Shown here piece after piece: positions 50,318 to 63,582 of a stretch of 64,000 bases of DNA. The stretch lies in the NCBI RefSeq assembly GCF_963921235.1, contig NC_086098.1, positions 4,340,001-4,404,000 on the forward strand, read 5' to 3'. Source of the stretch: Mobula hypostoma. Lineage: Eukaryota. The position numbers were made by a program, and so were the translations under genes. Position 1 is the first letter of the stretch, and each line of letters begins with the position of its first letter. The notes beneath the pieces are model-generated. The model saw only the letters and a list, made by a program, of their open reading frames with translations, searched no databases and was not told the DNA's origin.

Positions 50318-51063
50318 ACCCATATAACCATATAACAATCACAGCACGGAAACAGGCCATCTCAGCCCTTCTAGTCCGTGCCGAACTCTTACTCTCACCT
50401 AGTCCCACTGACCTGCACTCAGCCCATAACCCTCCGTTCCTTTCCTGTCCATATACCTAGCCAATTTAACTTTAAATGACAACATCGAACCTGCCTCAAC
50501 CACTTCTGCTGGAAGCTCATTCCACACAGCTACCACTCTCTGAGTAAAGAAGTTCCCCTCATGTTACCCCTAAACTTTTGCCCTTTAACTCTCAACTCAT
50601 GTCATCTTGTTTGAATCTCCCTCATTCTCAATGGAAAAAGCCTATCCATGTCAACTCTATCTATCCCCCTCATAATTTTAAATACCTCTATCAAGTCCCC
50701 CCTCAACCTGCTCCGCTCCAAAGAATAAAGACCCAACTTGTTCAACCTTTCTCTGTAACTTAGGAGATGAAACCCAGGTAACATTCTAGTAAATCTTCTC
50801 TGTACTCTCTCAATTTTGTTGACATTTTTCCTATAATTCGGTGACCAGAACTGTACACAATACTCCAAATTTGGTCTTACCAATGCCTTGTACAATTTCA
50901 ACATTACATCCCAACTCCCATACTCAATGCTATGATTTATAAAGGCCAGCATACCAAAAACTTTCTTCACCACCCTATCCACATGAGATTCCACCTTCAG
51001 GGAACTGTGCACCATTATTCCTAGATCCCTCTGTTCTACTGCATTCTTCAATGCCCCACCATT
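50318..51063 (-). mobile_element. 5'-truncated CR1 LINE
   Basis: ORF 50602-51069 is the CR1 RT C-terminus. Nearly identical to 6196-6940. Confidence 0.92.
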
Positions 51064-51386
51064 CTTCAAAAAATTACAATAGGAACAACAAATGAAATTT
51101 GTATGTCATCTTTGCATCTCATCCCAATATACCCACAGAGAGCATTCAGATATTGCCCTTATTTTGCAAAAATAGATTCAAAAAAGTTATCTGGGCCACA
51201 GAATATTTCATTGCCATGGCTACAATGACCCAAATGAAAATCCCAAATCCATATTCATGGTAGAGCTGACAGTATATTCTGGAAACATCCAACAAATCGG
51301 GCGGCATCCGCAGGAAGAGAGGCAGCGTTAATGTTTCTGGCCGAAGACCTTTCATGTCTTCAGCCAGGAACATTAGGACAGAAAGA

Positions 51387-51580
51387 GCAGCATGGAAGTG
51401 TAGTGGTTAGCACACCCCGTTACAATATCAGCGACCTGGGTTCAATTCCCGCCATTGTCTGTAAGGAGTTCTCCCCATGGCCTCCGGGTGCTCCGTTTCC
51501 TCCCGCTGATCGGTCAGTTAATTGGTCATTGTAAATTGTCCCGTGATTAGGCTAGGGTTAAATTGGGGGATTGCTGGGAT
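51387..51580 (+). mobile_element. tRNA-derived SINE (V-SINE/HE1-like)
   Basis: A-box-like gtgtagtggttagc, B-box gggttcaattccc and core ccgggtgctccgtttcctcc. A further degenerate copy lies at ~49770-50015. Confidence 0.75.
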
Positions 51581-51659
51581 CCTAAACACCACAAATTAAT
51601 GCAGTGAGGGATGACTCTCCGAGTACACTACTATCCCAACTATTGATGGATAATTCACG

Positions 51660-51992
51660 TAGAATCATAGAGTCATGGAGAAGTACAGACAGAGAATCAG
51701 GCCCTTCGACCCATCTAGTCCATGCTGAAACCATTCAAACTGCCTACTCCCCACTACCTGCCTGGGACCAGAGCCCTCCATATCCCGACTATCCAGGTAC
51801 CTATCCAAACTTCTCTTACATGTTGAAATCGAGTCTGCATGGACCACTTGTGCTGGCAGCACGTTCCACACTCTCACCACCCTCGGAGTGAAGAGGTTTC
51901 CTCTCATGTTCCCCTTAAACTTCTCACCTTTCACCCTTAAGCCATGACCTCTGGTTGTAGTCCCACCCGACCTCAGTGGAAAGAGCCTGCTC
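51660..51992 (-). mobile_element. CR1 3' end fragment
   Basis: ORF 51665-52024 has TRGHGLRVKGEKFKGNMRGNLFTPRVVRVWN. Confidence 0.85.
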
Positions 51993-52759
51993 GTGTCTGA
52001 TGTGCTGAATGAGAAAACAAGCAAGGGCAGCTTCCCTGATCTCTCTCACAATGATGCAAATAACTTAGCTGTCGTTGCCTGGTTTGATGTCGGCCAATAT
52101 GAACATAACCCCACTGTCTTACATTCACCCGATGCAGACCGGAATGTCTGTCACTTTGCTTTGTAATCTGTCCCGTTACCTGCTGTGGGCTAGCGCCCAT
52201 TGCTCTGTAGACAATGCCGTTTGTTTGCAAAGCAGACCTTTTTAATTTCAGACGAATTATTGCATGCTGTTTACATTAAGAAGTGAAGCCTGGCGCCTGC
52301 TTACGGCAAGAGGTTGAGCAAGGAATATTGGTTCGAATTTTTACTTTGTCACGAAAAGCTCTGCCCACTTGGAAAGGTCATGCTGCTGTGCCAGAAAGCT
52401 GAGGTTAGCAATAAACCCCTTGGGCCTTGGAAAGTGAATATCCATCACGAGCAACATGTCCAGATGGAAGATAAGATACTATTCCTCAAGCTTACAGGAT
52501 CTGGTTATAAAGGTGCTGAGACCACAGACACAGATGGGTTAGGCTAGGAGTGAGATGGAGAATTGAAGAGTTATGCCAGAGGTTGAACAAACTAAACACA
52601 GGTGCTCTGTAGAACAACCTGTAGCAGGCAGAGTGATGTCAGCTATCCCGAAGGTACTGGCTGGAAAGGATAACGGTGAAATTCTTTATCTCCAGAGAAC
52701 TACAGAACGATGAAGGAAGATCACATAATCAACACAGTGAAGACAGAGAGAATTCTGGT

Positions 52760-53029
52760 TGGTTGCTTCACCAGCTAACTTTGCCAGGGACAGTCACAAA
52801 CCCAGCTGCAGAAGGAGAAGGGTTGAGCCTGGGGCAAGCAACCCCATCCCGTAAAAACCCAGGGCTGCAGCAACGCCAACAGAAGCTCCAAACATCCCAT
52901 CCCTGGGCGAGGAAGGATCTTCAAAGATGGGCTACTCTTGGGGACAACTTGAAAGACTGGCTCAGGGTGGAGGACCCTGGCAAGCTGCTGTGACAGCCTG
53001 TGAGGTAAAGGGCCTCAGTCAGTAAGTAA
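52760..53029 (+). mobile_element. Bipartite RTE-derived non-autonomous element with a twister-like 5' motif
   Basis: Reads cagctaactttgccagggacagtcacaaacccagctgcagaaggagaagggttgagcctggggcaagcaaccccatcccgtaaaaac, then an RTE-like 3' end with tail agtaagtaa. Confidence 0.7.
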
Positions 53030-53663
53030 CCATCACCCCTGGTATGGAGACTCAAATGCACAGGATCGCGGAGGCTGCAGTAGGCTGGAGACTCAACCCT
53101 CCCTGTCGTCAAGGACGTCTTTAAAAGGCAGTGCCTCAGGAAGGTGGCGTCCGTCGTCAGCGGCTGTCACCAACTGGGACACGTCTTCTTCTCACTATTA
53201 TCTATCACAATGAGCGCCGGCGATTTCAGAACCCAGGCGCAGAGGAAAGACAGACTCCAATGTACAGACGGCAACCAGAGCTTATTGGTGAGAATTCTAA
53301 CAGAACATCGATGGCTCGGCCGAGTGACGCTGCAAGATGGAACAGTACCAAAACGAAGTCCTCGTGCTAACCAGTGTGCACTTGAAAGTACAAGTGACAC
53401 AGAATCCTCGAGACTATCAAATCAAACCTAACAAACTTAAACAGAAAGCTCCAGGAGACCGCATTACAAAGATCGAGTCGTTTGAGAAAAACACAAACTC
53501 TAAATGATCCATGACTCTTGTTAAACAATAATTAACCAATTCAGATGCTCTAAAAGCTCAGAACCCAGTGCTTTCTGGCTCCCTGCACAGGCCCGGGGAG
53601 CACATTATTATACTTCTGTGAGGAGAAGGTACACAAGGCTGAAGACCCACACTGAATGTTTTA

Positions 53664-54200
53664 CATAGAACATAGAATAGTACAGCACATTACAGGCCCT
53701 TCGGCCCACAATGTTGTGCCGACCCTCAAACCCTGCCTCCCATATAACCCCCCACCCTAGATTCCTCCATATACCTATCTAGTAGTCTCTTAAACTTCAC
53801 GAGTGTATCTGCCTCCACCACTGACTCAGGTAGTGAATTCCACGCACCAACCACTCTCTGAGCAAAAAACCTTCCTCTAATATCCCCCTTGAACTTCCCT
53901 CCCCTTACCTTAAAGCTATGTCCTCCTGTATTGAGCAGTGGTGCCCTGGGGAAGAGGCGCTGGCTGTCCACTCTATCTATTCCTCTTATTATCTTGTACA
54001 CCTCTATCATGTCTCCTCTCATCCTCCTTCTCTCCAAAGAGTAAAGCCCTAGCTCCCTTAATCTCTGATCATAATGCATACTCTCTAAACCAGGCAGCAT
54101 CCTGGTAAATCTTCTCTGTACCCTTTCCAATGCTTCCACATCCTTCCTACAGTGAGGTGACCAGAACTGGACACAATACTCCAAGTGTGGCATAACCAGA
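53664..54200 (-). mobile_element. 5'-truncated CR1 inserted in a Rex1-type tail
   Basis: ORF 53726-54193 is an intact CR1 RT C-terminus. gtttta occurs at 53658-53663 and 54201-54206. Confidence 0.9.
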
Positions 54201-54373
54201 GTTTTAAGATGAACTTCTTCCCCTCCGCTATCAGACTTTGGAACACAACCTCACTAAGACGCTCTTAGATAGGTATATGAATGTGCAAGAAACAGAAGGA
54301 TATTGCCTTTGTATTGGCAGAAGGTGCAGGCACGTGAGCTGCAGCGTAGTGGACTCTGCCCTATAAATCTCAG

Positions 54374-54579
54374 CACCATTCCCTCGAAGCTGTGCGGGTG
54401 TGCGGCCACGCAGTAACTGAAATAGTCCCGCGCACATAACCTTTGGTGCTACGCAACTAGAATTTTCTTTTATATAATGTTAATATAAAGTACTGTGCAG
54501 TTTTCGGGCTGTGTAAAAATTTCCTGCTGAGAGCGATGGTTGGTCAGCGCAGCTGTGAAATCATTTAGAGGGAACGTTG
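54374..54579. mobile_element. Probable hAT-type MITE
   Basis: Imperfect 15-bp terminal inverted repeats caccattccctcgaa / ttagagggaacgttg (3 mismatches). No clear TSD. Confidence 0.5.
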
Positions 54580-54669
54580 CATTACGGGCACATCAGAAAA
54601 AAGCTTCAATGACTGAACAGTCTCTTCCTACTTTCCCAGTCCAAATCAGACTCAGGTTTATTTTCAGTG

Positions 54670-55290
54670 TACGTGTCTGTGTGTGAGAGGGTATAGGCTG
54701 TGTATGTCTATGTGCATATCAGTGTGTGTGTGTGTATCTATGTGTGTGGGGGGAGGTTAGATGTTGGTGTGTGGGTGTGTACATGTGTGAGTGTGTGTAT
54801 GCCTTTGTGTGTGTCTATGTGTGAGTGTGTCTGTGTGTATCCGTATATCTGTGCGTGTCTGTGTGTGAATATGTGTGTCTGTGTGTGAGTGTGTTTTTGT
54901 GTGTATGTGTAGGTGTGTCTCTATGTGAGTGTGTGTCTATGTGTGTGTGTGCCTTTGTGTGTGCCTATGTGTGTGTGTGTCTGTGTGTATCCGTGTATCT
55001 GTGTGTGCTTTTGTGTGTGCGTGTAGATGTGTCTCCATGTGAGTGTGTCTGTGTGAGTGTCTGGGTGTGAGTGTGTGTGTCTATATGTGTGTGTGTCTTG
55101 TGTGGGTGTCTGTGAGTGTGTGTTTGTGTGTGTATTTGTGTGAGAACGAACAACGAAAACCAATATCCCCCGGGATCAATAAAGTATGACTATGAGTGTA
55201 TGTGTAGATGTGTCTCTATGGATGTGTGTGGGTGGTGTATGTGTCTGTATGTGGGTGTGAATGTCTGTGTGTGTGTCTGTAAGTTATGTG
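54670..55290. repeat. Degenerate (GT)n microsatellite containing a ~50-bp Rex1/Babar 3' tail at ~55146-55195
   Basis: GT-rich run. cccgggatcaataaagtatgactatga matches the tail at 39720-39762. Confidence 0.9.
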
Positions 55291-55803
55291 TGTGTGTGAG
55301 TGTGTTTGAGGGAGAGAGTCTGTGTGTGTGTGTGTGAGTGTGAGTGTGTTTGAGGGAGAGAGTGTGTGTGAGTGTGTTTGAGGGAGAGAGTGTGTGTGTG
55401 TGTGTGAGTGTGTTTGAGGGAGAGAGTGTGTGTGTGTGTGTGTGAGTGTGTTTGAGGGAGAGAGTGTGTGTGAGTGTGAGTGTGAGTGTGTTTGAGGGAG
55501 AGAGTGTGTGTGTGTGTGTGAGTGTGAGTGTGTTTGAGGGAGAGAGTGTGAGTGTGTGTGAGTGTGTTTGAGGGAGAGAGTGTGTGTGTGTGTGTGTGAG
55601 TGTGTTTGAGGGAGAGAGTCTGTGTGTGTGTGAGTGTGAGTGTGTTTGAGGGAGAGAGTCTGTGTGTGTGTGTGTGTGAGTGTGTTTGAGGGAGAGTGTG
55701 TGTGTGTGTGTGTGAGTGTGTTTGAGGGAGAGAGTGTGTGTGTGTGAGTGTGTTTGGGGAGAGAGTGTGTGTGTGTGTATGAGTGTGAGTGTGTTTGAGG
55801 GAG

Positions 55804-55843
<40 letters not shown>

Positions 55844-58496
55844 TGTGTTTGAGGGAGAGAGTGTGTGTGTGTGTGTGTGTGAGTGTGTTTGAGGGAGAGA
55901 GTCTGTGTGTGTGTGTGTGAGTGTGTTTGAGTGAGAGAGAGTGTGTGTGTGTGTGTGTGAGTGTGTTTGAGGGAGAGAGTGTGTGTGTGTGTGAGTGTGA
56001 GTGTGTTTGAGGGAGAGAGTGTGTGTGAGTGTGAGTGTGTTTGAGGGAGAGAGTGTGTGTGTGTGTGAGTGTGAGTGTGTTTGAGGGAGAGAGTGTGTGT
56101 GTGTGTGTGTGTGTGTGAGTGTGTTTGAGGGAGAGAGTGTGTGTGTGTGTGTGTGAGTGTGTTTGAGGGAGAGAGTGTGTGTGTGTGTGTGTGTGAGTGT
56201 GTTTGAGGGAGAGAGTGTGTGTGTGTGTGAGTGTGAGTGTGTTTGAGGGAGAGAGTGTGTGTGTGTGTGAGTGTGAGTGTGTTTGAGGGAGAGAGTGTGT
56301 GTGAGTGTGAGTGTGTTTGAGGGAGAGAGAGTGTGTGTGTGTGTGAGTGTGTTTGAGGGAGAGAGTGTGTGTGTGTGTGTGTGTGAGTGTGTTTGAGGGA
56401 GAGAGTGTGTGTGTGTGTGTGTGTTTGAGGGAGAGAGTCTGTGTGTGTGTGTGAGTGTGTTTGAGGGAGAGAGTGTGTGTGTGTGTGTGTGAGTGTGTTT
56501 GAGGGAGAGAGTGTGTGTGTGTGTGAGTGTGAGTGTGTTTGAGGGAGAGAGTGTGTGTGTGTGAGTGTGAGTGTGTTTGAGGGAGAGAGTGTGTGTGTGT
56601 GTGTGTGAGTGTGAGTGTGTTTGAGGGAGAGAGTGTGTGTGAGTGTGAGTGTGTTTGAGGGAGAGAGTGTGTGTGTGTGTGTGTGAGTGTGTTTGAGGGA
56701 GAGAGTGTGTGTGTGTGAGTGTGTTTGGGGAGAGAGTGTGTGTGTGTGTGTGAGTGTGAGTGTGTTTGAGGGAGAGAGTGTGTGTGTGTGTGAGTGTGAG
56801 TGTGTTTGAGGGAGAGAGTCTGTGTGTGTGTGTGAGTGTGTTTGAGTGAGAGAGAGTGTGTGTGTGTGTGTGTGAGTGTGTTTGAGGGAGAGAGTGTGTG
56901 TGTGTGTGAGTGTGAGTGTGTTTGAGGGAGAGAGTGTGTGTGAGTGTGAGTGTGTTTGAGGGAGAGAGTGTGTGTGTGTGTGAGTGTGAGTGTGTTTGAG
57001 GGAGAGAGTGTGTGTGTGTGTGTGTGTGTGTGAGTGTGTTTGAGGGAGAGAGTGTGTGTGTGTGTGTGTGTGAGTGTGTTTGAGGGAGAGAGTGTGTGTG
57101 TGTGTGAGTGTGAGTGTGTTTGAGGGAGAGAGTGTGTGTGTGTGTGAGTGTGAGTGTGTTTGAGGGAGAGAGTGTGTGTGTGTGAGTGTGTTTGAGGGAG
57201 AGAGTCTGTGTGTGAGTGTGAGTGTGAGTGTGTTTGAGGGAGAGAGTGTGTGTGTGTGAGTGTGTTTGAGGGAGAGAGTGTGTGTGTGTGTGTGTGTGTT
57301 TGAGGGAGAGAGAGTGTGTGTGTGTGAGTGTGTTTGAGGGAGAGTCTGTGTGTGTGAGTGTGAGTGTGTTTGAGGGAGAGAGTGTGTGTGAGTGTGAGTG
57401 TGTTTGAGGGAGAGAGTGTGTGTGTGTGTGTGAGTGTGTTTGAGGGAGAGAGTCTGTGTGTGTGTGTGTGTGTGAGTGTGTTTGAGGGAGAGAGTCTGTG
57501 TGTGTGAGTGTGAGTGTGTTTGAGGGAGAGAGTGTGTGTGTGTGTGAGTGTGAGTGTGTTTGAGGGAGAGAGTGTGTGTGTGTGTGAGTGTGTTTGAGGG
57601 AGAGTCTGTGTGTGTGAGTGTGAGTGTGTTTGAGGGAGAGAGTGTGTGTGTGTGTGAGTGTGTTTGAGGGAGAGAGTCTGTGTGTGTGTGTGTGTGAGTG
57701 TGTTTGAGGGAGAGAGTGTGTGTGTGTGTGTGAGTGTGTTTGAGGGAGAGAGTGTGTGTGAGTGTGAGTGTGTTTGAGGGAGAGAGTCTGTGTGTGTGTG
57801 TGAGTGTGTTTGAGGGAGAGAGTGTGTGTGTGAGTGTGAGTGTGTTTGAGGGAGAGAGTGTGTGTGTGTGTGTGTGAGTGTGAGTGTGTTTGAGGGAGAG
57901 AGTGTGTGTGTGTGTGAGTGTGAGTGTGTTTGAGGGAGAGAGTCTGTGTGTGTGTGTGTGAGTGTGTTTGAGTGAGAGAGAGTGTGTGTGTGTGTGTGAG
58001 TGTGTTTGAGGGAGAGAGTGTGTGTGTGTGTGAGTGTGAGTGTGTTTGAGGGAGAGAGTGTGTGTGAGTGTGAGTGTGTTTGAGGGAGAGAGTGTGTGTG
58101 TGTGTGTGAGTGTGAGTGTGTTTGAGGGAGAGAGTGTGTGTGTGTGTGAGTGTGAGTGTGTTTGAGGGAGAGAGTCTGTGTGTGTGTGTGTGAGTGTGTT
58201 TGAGTGAGAGAGAGTGTGTGTGTGTGAGTGTGTTTGAGGGAGAGTGTGTGTGTGTGAGTGTGTTTGAGGGAGAGAGTCTGTGTGTGTGTGTGTGTGAGTG
58301 TGTTTGAGGGAGAGAGTGTGTGTGTGTGTGAGTGTGAGTGTGTTTGAGGGAGAGAGTGTGTGTGTGAGTGTGAGTGTGTTTGAGGGAGAGAGTGTGTGTG
58401 TGAGTGTGAGTGTGTTTGAGGGAGAGAGTGTGTGTGTGTGTGTGTGTGTGTTTGAGGGAGAGAGTCTGTGTGTGTGTGTGAGTGTGTTTGAGGGAG

Positions 58497-58531
<35 letters not shown>

Positions 58532-58817
58532 GAGAGAGTGTGTGTGTGTGTGTGTGTGTGTGTGAGTGAGAGAGTGTGTGTGTGTGTGAGTGTGAGTGTG
58601 TTTGAGGGAGAGAGAGTGTGTGTGTGTGTGTGAGTGTGAGTGTGAGTGTGTTTGAGGGAGAGAGTGTGTGTGAGTGTGTTTGAGGGAGAGAGTGTGTGTG
58701 AGTGTGAGTGTGTTTGAGGGAGAGAGTGTGTGTGTGTGTGTGAGTGTGTTTGAGGGAGAGAGTGTGTGTGTGTGTGAGTGTGTGTGTGTGAGAGTGTGTG
58801 TGTGTGTGAGTGTGTGT

Positions 58818-58848
<31 letters not shown>

Positions 58849-59977
58849 AGTGTGAGTGTGTTTGGGGGAGAGAGTGTGTGTGTGTGTGTGAGTGTGTTTG
58901 AGAGAGTGTGTGTGTGTGAGTGTGTTTGAGGGAGAGTGTGTGTGTGTGTGTGTGTGAGTGTGTTTGAGGGAGAGAGTGTGTGTGTGTGTGTGAGTGTGTT
59001 TGAGGGAGAGTGTGTGTGTGTGTGTGTGTGAGTGTGTTTGAGGGAGAGAGTCTGTGTGTGTGTGTGTGTGAGTGTGTTTGAGGGAGAGAGTCTGTGTGTG
59101 TGTGTGTGTGTGTGTGAGTGTGTTTGAGGGAGAGAGTGTGTGTGTGTGTGTGTGTGAGTGTGTTTGAGGGAGAGAGTGTGTGTGTGTGTGTGTGTGTGAG
59201 TGTGTTTGAGGGAGAGAGTCTGTGTGTGTGAGTGTGAGTGTGTTTGAGGGAGAGAGTGTGTGTGTGTGTGTGAGTGTGAGTGTGTTTGAGGGAGAGAGTG
59301 TGTGTGTGTGTGTGTGTGAGTGTGTTTGAGGGAGAGAGTGTGTGTGTGTGTGAGTGTGAGTGTGTTTGAGGGAGAGAGAGTGTGTGTGTGTGTGTGTGTT
59401 TGAGGGAGAGAGTGTGTGTGTGTGTGAGTGTGAGTGTGTTTGAGGGAGAGAGTGTGTGTGTGTGAGTGTGAGTGTGTTTGAGGGAGAGAGTGTGTGTGTG
59501 TGTGTGAGTGTGTTTGAGGGAGAGAGTCTGTGTGTGTGTGTGTGTGAGTGTGTTTGAGGGAGAGAGTGTGTGTGTGTGTGAGTGTGAGTGTGTTTGAGGG
59601 AGAGAGTGTGTGTGTGTGAGTGTGAGTGTGTTTGAGGGAGAGAGTGTGTGTGTGTGTGTGTGTGTGAGTGTGTTTGAGGGAGAGAGTCTGTGTGTGTGTG
59701 TGTGTGAGTGTGTTTGAGGGAGAGAGTGTGTGTGTGTGTGTGTGTGAGTGTGTTTGAGGGAGAGAGTGTGTGTGTGAGTGTGAGTGTGTTTGAGGGAGAG
59801 AGTCTGTGTGTGTGAGTGTGTGAGTGTGTTTGAGGGAGAGAGTGTGTGTGTGTGTGTGTGTGTGAGTGTGTTTGAGGGAGAGAGTCTGTGTGTGTGTGTG
59901 TGTGAGTGTGTTTGAGGGAGAGAGTGTGTGTGTGTGTGTGAGTGTGAGTGTGTTTGAGGGAGAGAGTGTGTGTGTGA

Positions 59978-60026
<49 letters not shown>

Positions 60027-60053
60027 TGGGAGTGAGTGTGTGTGTGTGTGTGT

Positions 60054-60084
<31 letters not shown>

Positions 60085-60106
60085 AGTGTGTGTGTGTGTG
60101 TGGGAG

Positions 60107-60190
<84 letters not shown>

Positions 60191-60470
60191 AGGGAGAGAG
60201 TGTGTGTGTGTGTGTGAGTGTGTTTGAGGGAGAGAGTGTGTGTGTGTGTGTGTGAGTGTGTTTGAGGGAGAGTCTGTGTGTGTGTGTGAGTGTGTTTGAG
60301 GGAGAGAGAGTGTGTGTGTGTGTGTGTGAGTGTGAGTGTGAGTGTGTTTGAGGGAGAGAGTGTGTGTGTGTGTGAGTGTGTTTGAGGGAGAGAGAGTGTG
60401 TGTGTGTGTGTGTGTGTGAGTGTGTTTGAGGGAGAGAGTGTGTGTGTGTGAGTGTGTGTTTGAGGGAGAG

Positions 60471-60504
<34 letters not shown>

Positions 60505-61413
60505 AGGGAGAGTGTGTGTGTGTGTGTGAGTGTGTTTGAGGGAGAGAGTGTGTGTGTGTGTGTGTGTGTGAGTGTGTTTGAGGGAGAGAGTGTGTGTGTG
60601 TGTGAGTGTGAGTGTGTTTGAGGGAGAGAGTCTGTGTGTGTGTGTGAGTGTGTTTGAGGGAGAGAGTGTGTGTGTGTGTGAGTGTGAGTGTGTTTGAGGG
60701 AGAGAGTGTGTGTGTGTGTGTGTGTGAGTGTGTTTGAGGGAGAGAGTCTGTGTGTGTGAGTGTGACTGTGTTTGAGGGAGAGAGTGTGTGTGTGTGTGTG
60801 AGTGTGTTTGAGGGAGAGAGTGTGTGTGTGTGTGAGTGTGAGTGTGTTTGAGGGAGAGTGTGTGTGTGTGTGAGTGTGTTTGAGGGAGAGAGTCTGTGTG
60901 TGTGTGTGAGTGTGAGTGTGTTTGAGGGAGAGAGTCTGTGTGTGTGTGTGAGTGTGAGTGTGTTTGAGGGAGAGAGTGTGTGTGTGTGTGTGTGTGTGTG
61001 AGTGAGTGTGTGTGTGTGTGTGTGTGTGTGAGGGAGAGAGTCTGTGTGTGTGTGTGAGTGTGTGTGTGTTTGAGGGAGAGAGTCTGTGTGTGTGTGTGAG
61101 TGTGTTTGAGGGAGAGAGTCTGTGTGTGAGTGTGTGTGAGTGTGTTTGAGGGAGAGAGTGTGTGTGTGTGTGTGAGTGTGTTTGAGGGAGAGAGTGTGTG
61201 TGTGTGTGAGTGTGAGTGTGTTTGAGGGAGAGTGTGTGTGTGTGTGAGTGTGAGTGTGTTTGAGGGAGAGAGTCTGTGTGTGTGTGTGAGTGTGAGTGTG
61301 TTTGAGGGAGAGAGTGTGTGTGTGTGTGAGTGTGTTTGAGGGAGAGAGTGTGTGTGTGTGTGAGTGTGTTTGAGGGAGAGTGTGTGTGTGTGTGAGTGTG
61401 TTTGAGGGAGAGA

Positions 61414-61456
<43 letters not shown>

Positions 61457-62948
61457 TGTGTGTGTGTGTGTGTGTGAGTGTGTTTGAGGGAGAGAGTGTG
61501 TGTGTGTGAGTGTGTGTGAGTGTGTTTGAGGGAGAGAGTGTGTGTGTGTGTGTGAGTGTGTTTGAGGGAGAGAGTGTGTTTGAGGGAGAGAGTGTGTGTG
61601 TGTGTGAGTGTGTTTGAGGGAGAGTGTGTGTGTGTGTGTGTGTTTGAGGGAGAGAGTCTGTGTGTGTGTGAGTGTGTGTGTGTTTGAGGGAGAGAGTCTG
61701 TGTGTGTGTGTGTGTGAGTGTGTTTGAGGGAGAGAGTGTGTGTGTGTGAGTGTGTGTGAGTGTGTTTGAGGGAGAGAGTGTGTGTGTGTGTGTGAGTGTG
61801 TTTGAGGGAGAGTGTGTGTGTGAGTGTGTTTGAGGGAGAGAGTGTGTGTGTGTGTGTGAGTGTGTTTGAGGGAGAGAGTCTGTGTGTGTGTGTGAGTGTG
61901 TTTGAGGGAGAGAGTGTGTGTGTGTGAGTGTGAGTGTGTTTGAGGGAGAGAGTGTGTGTGTGAGTGTGTTTGAGGGAGAGAGTCTGTGTGTGTGTGTGTG
62001 AGTGTGAGTGTGTTTGAGGGAGAGAGTGTGTGTGTGTGTGTGAGTGTGTTTGAGGGAGAGAGTCTGTGTGTGTGTGTGTGTGAGTGTGTTTGAGGGAGAG
62101 AGTGTGTGTGTGTGTGTGAGTGTGTTTGAGGGAGAGAGTCTGTGTGTGTGAGTGTGAGTGTGTTTGAGGGAGAGAGTGTGTGTGTGTGTGAGTGTGTTTG
62201 AGGGAGAGAGTCTGTGTGTGTGAGTGTGAGTGTGTTTGAGGGAGAGAGTCTGTGTGTGTGTGAGTGTGAGTGTGTTTGAGGGAGAGTCTGTGTGTGTGTG
62301 AGTGTGTTTGAGGGAGAGAGTGTGTGTGTGAGTGTGAGTGTGTTTGAGGGAGAGTGTGTGTGTGTGTGAGTGTGAGTGTGTTTGAGGGAGAGAGTCTGTG
62401 TGTGTGTGTGAGTGTGAGTGTGTTTGAGGGAGAGAGTGTGTGTGTGTGTGAGTGTGAGTGTGTTTGAGGGAGAGAGTCTGTGTGTGAGTGTGTTTGAGGG
62501 AGAGAGTCTGTGTGTGTGTGTGAGTGTGAGTGTGTTTGAGGGAGAGAGTGTGTGTGTGTGTGAGTGTGAGTGTGTTTGAGGGAGAGAGTCTGTGTGTGAG
62601 TGTGTTTGAGGGAGAGAGTCTGTGTGTGTGTGTGTGAGTGTGTTTGAGGGAGAGAGTGTGTGTGAGTGTGTGTGAGTGTGAGTGTGTTTGAGAGAGTCTG
62701 TGTGTGTGTGTGTGTGAGTGTGTTTGAGGGAGAGAGTCTGTGTGTGTGTGTGAGTGTGAGTGTGTTTGAGGGAGAGAGTCTGTGTGTGTGTGTGTTTGAG
62801 GGAGAGAGTCTGTGTGTGTGTGTGAGTGTGAGTGTGTTTGAGGGAGAGAGTCTGTGTGTGAGTGTGTTTGAGGGAGAGAGTGTGTGTGTGTGTGAGTGTG
62901 TTTGAGGGAGAGAGTGTGTGTGTGTGTGTGTGAGTGTGTTTGAGGGAG

Positions 62949-62982
<34 letters not shown>

Positions 62983-63548
62983 AGGGAGAGAGTCTGTGTG
63001 TGTGTGTGAGTGTGAGTGTGTTTGAGGGAGAGAGTGTGTGTGTGTGTGAGTGTGAGTGTGTTTGAGGGAGAGAGTCTGTGTGTGAGTGTGTTTGAGGGAG
63101 AGAGTCTGTGTGTCTGTGTGTGAGTGTGAGTGTGTTTGAGGGAGAGAGTGTGTGTGTGTGTGAGTGTGAGTGTGTTTGAGGGAGAGAGTCTGTGTGTGAG
63201 TGTGTTTGAGGGAGAGAGTCTGTGTGTGTGTGTGTGAGTGTGTTTGAGGGAGAGAGTGTGTGTGAGTGTGTGTGAGTGTGAGTGTGTTTGAGAGAGTCTG
63301 TGTGTGTGTGTGTGTGAGTGTGTTTGAGGGAGAGAGTCTGTGTGTGTGTGTGAGTGTGAGTGTGTTTGAGGGAGAGAGTCTGTGTGTGTGTGTGTTTGAG
63401 GGAGAGAGTCTGTGTGTGTGTGTGAGTGTGAGTGTGTTTGAGGGAGAGAGTCTGTGTGTGAGTGTGTTTGAGGGAGAGAGTGTGTGTGTGTGTGAGTGTG
63501 TTTGAGGGAGAGAGTGTGTGTGTGTGTGTGTGAGTGTGTTTGAGGGAG

Positions 63549-63582
<34 letters not shown>

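Noticed and set aside
51387..51460. tRNA gene
   Set aside because: The A/B boxes run into a SINE body and no full cloverleaf can be formed.
52182..52206. Possible minus-strand micro-exon encoding MGASPQQ (ctacag|...cag|gtaacg)
   Set aside because: It is too short, the polypyrimidine tract is poor and there is no supporting homology.
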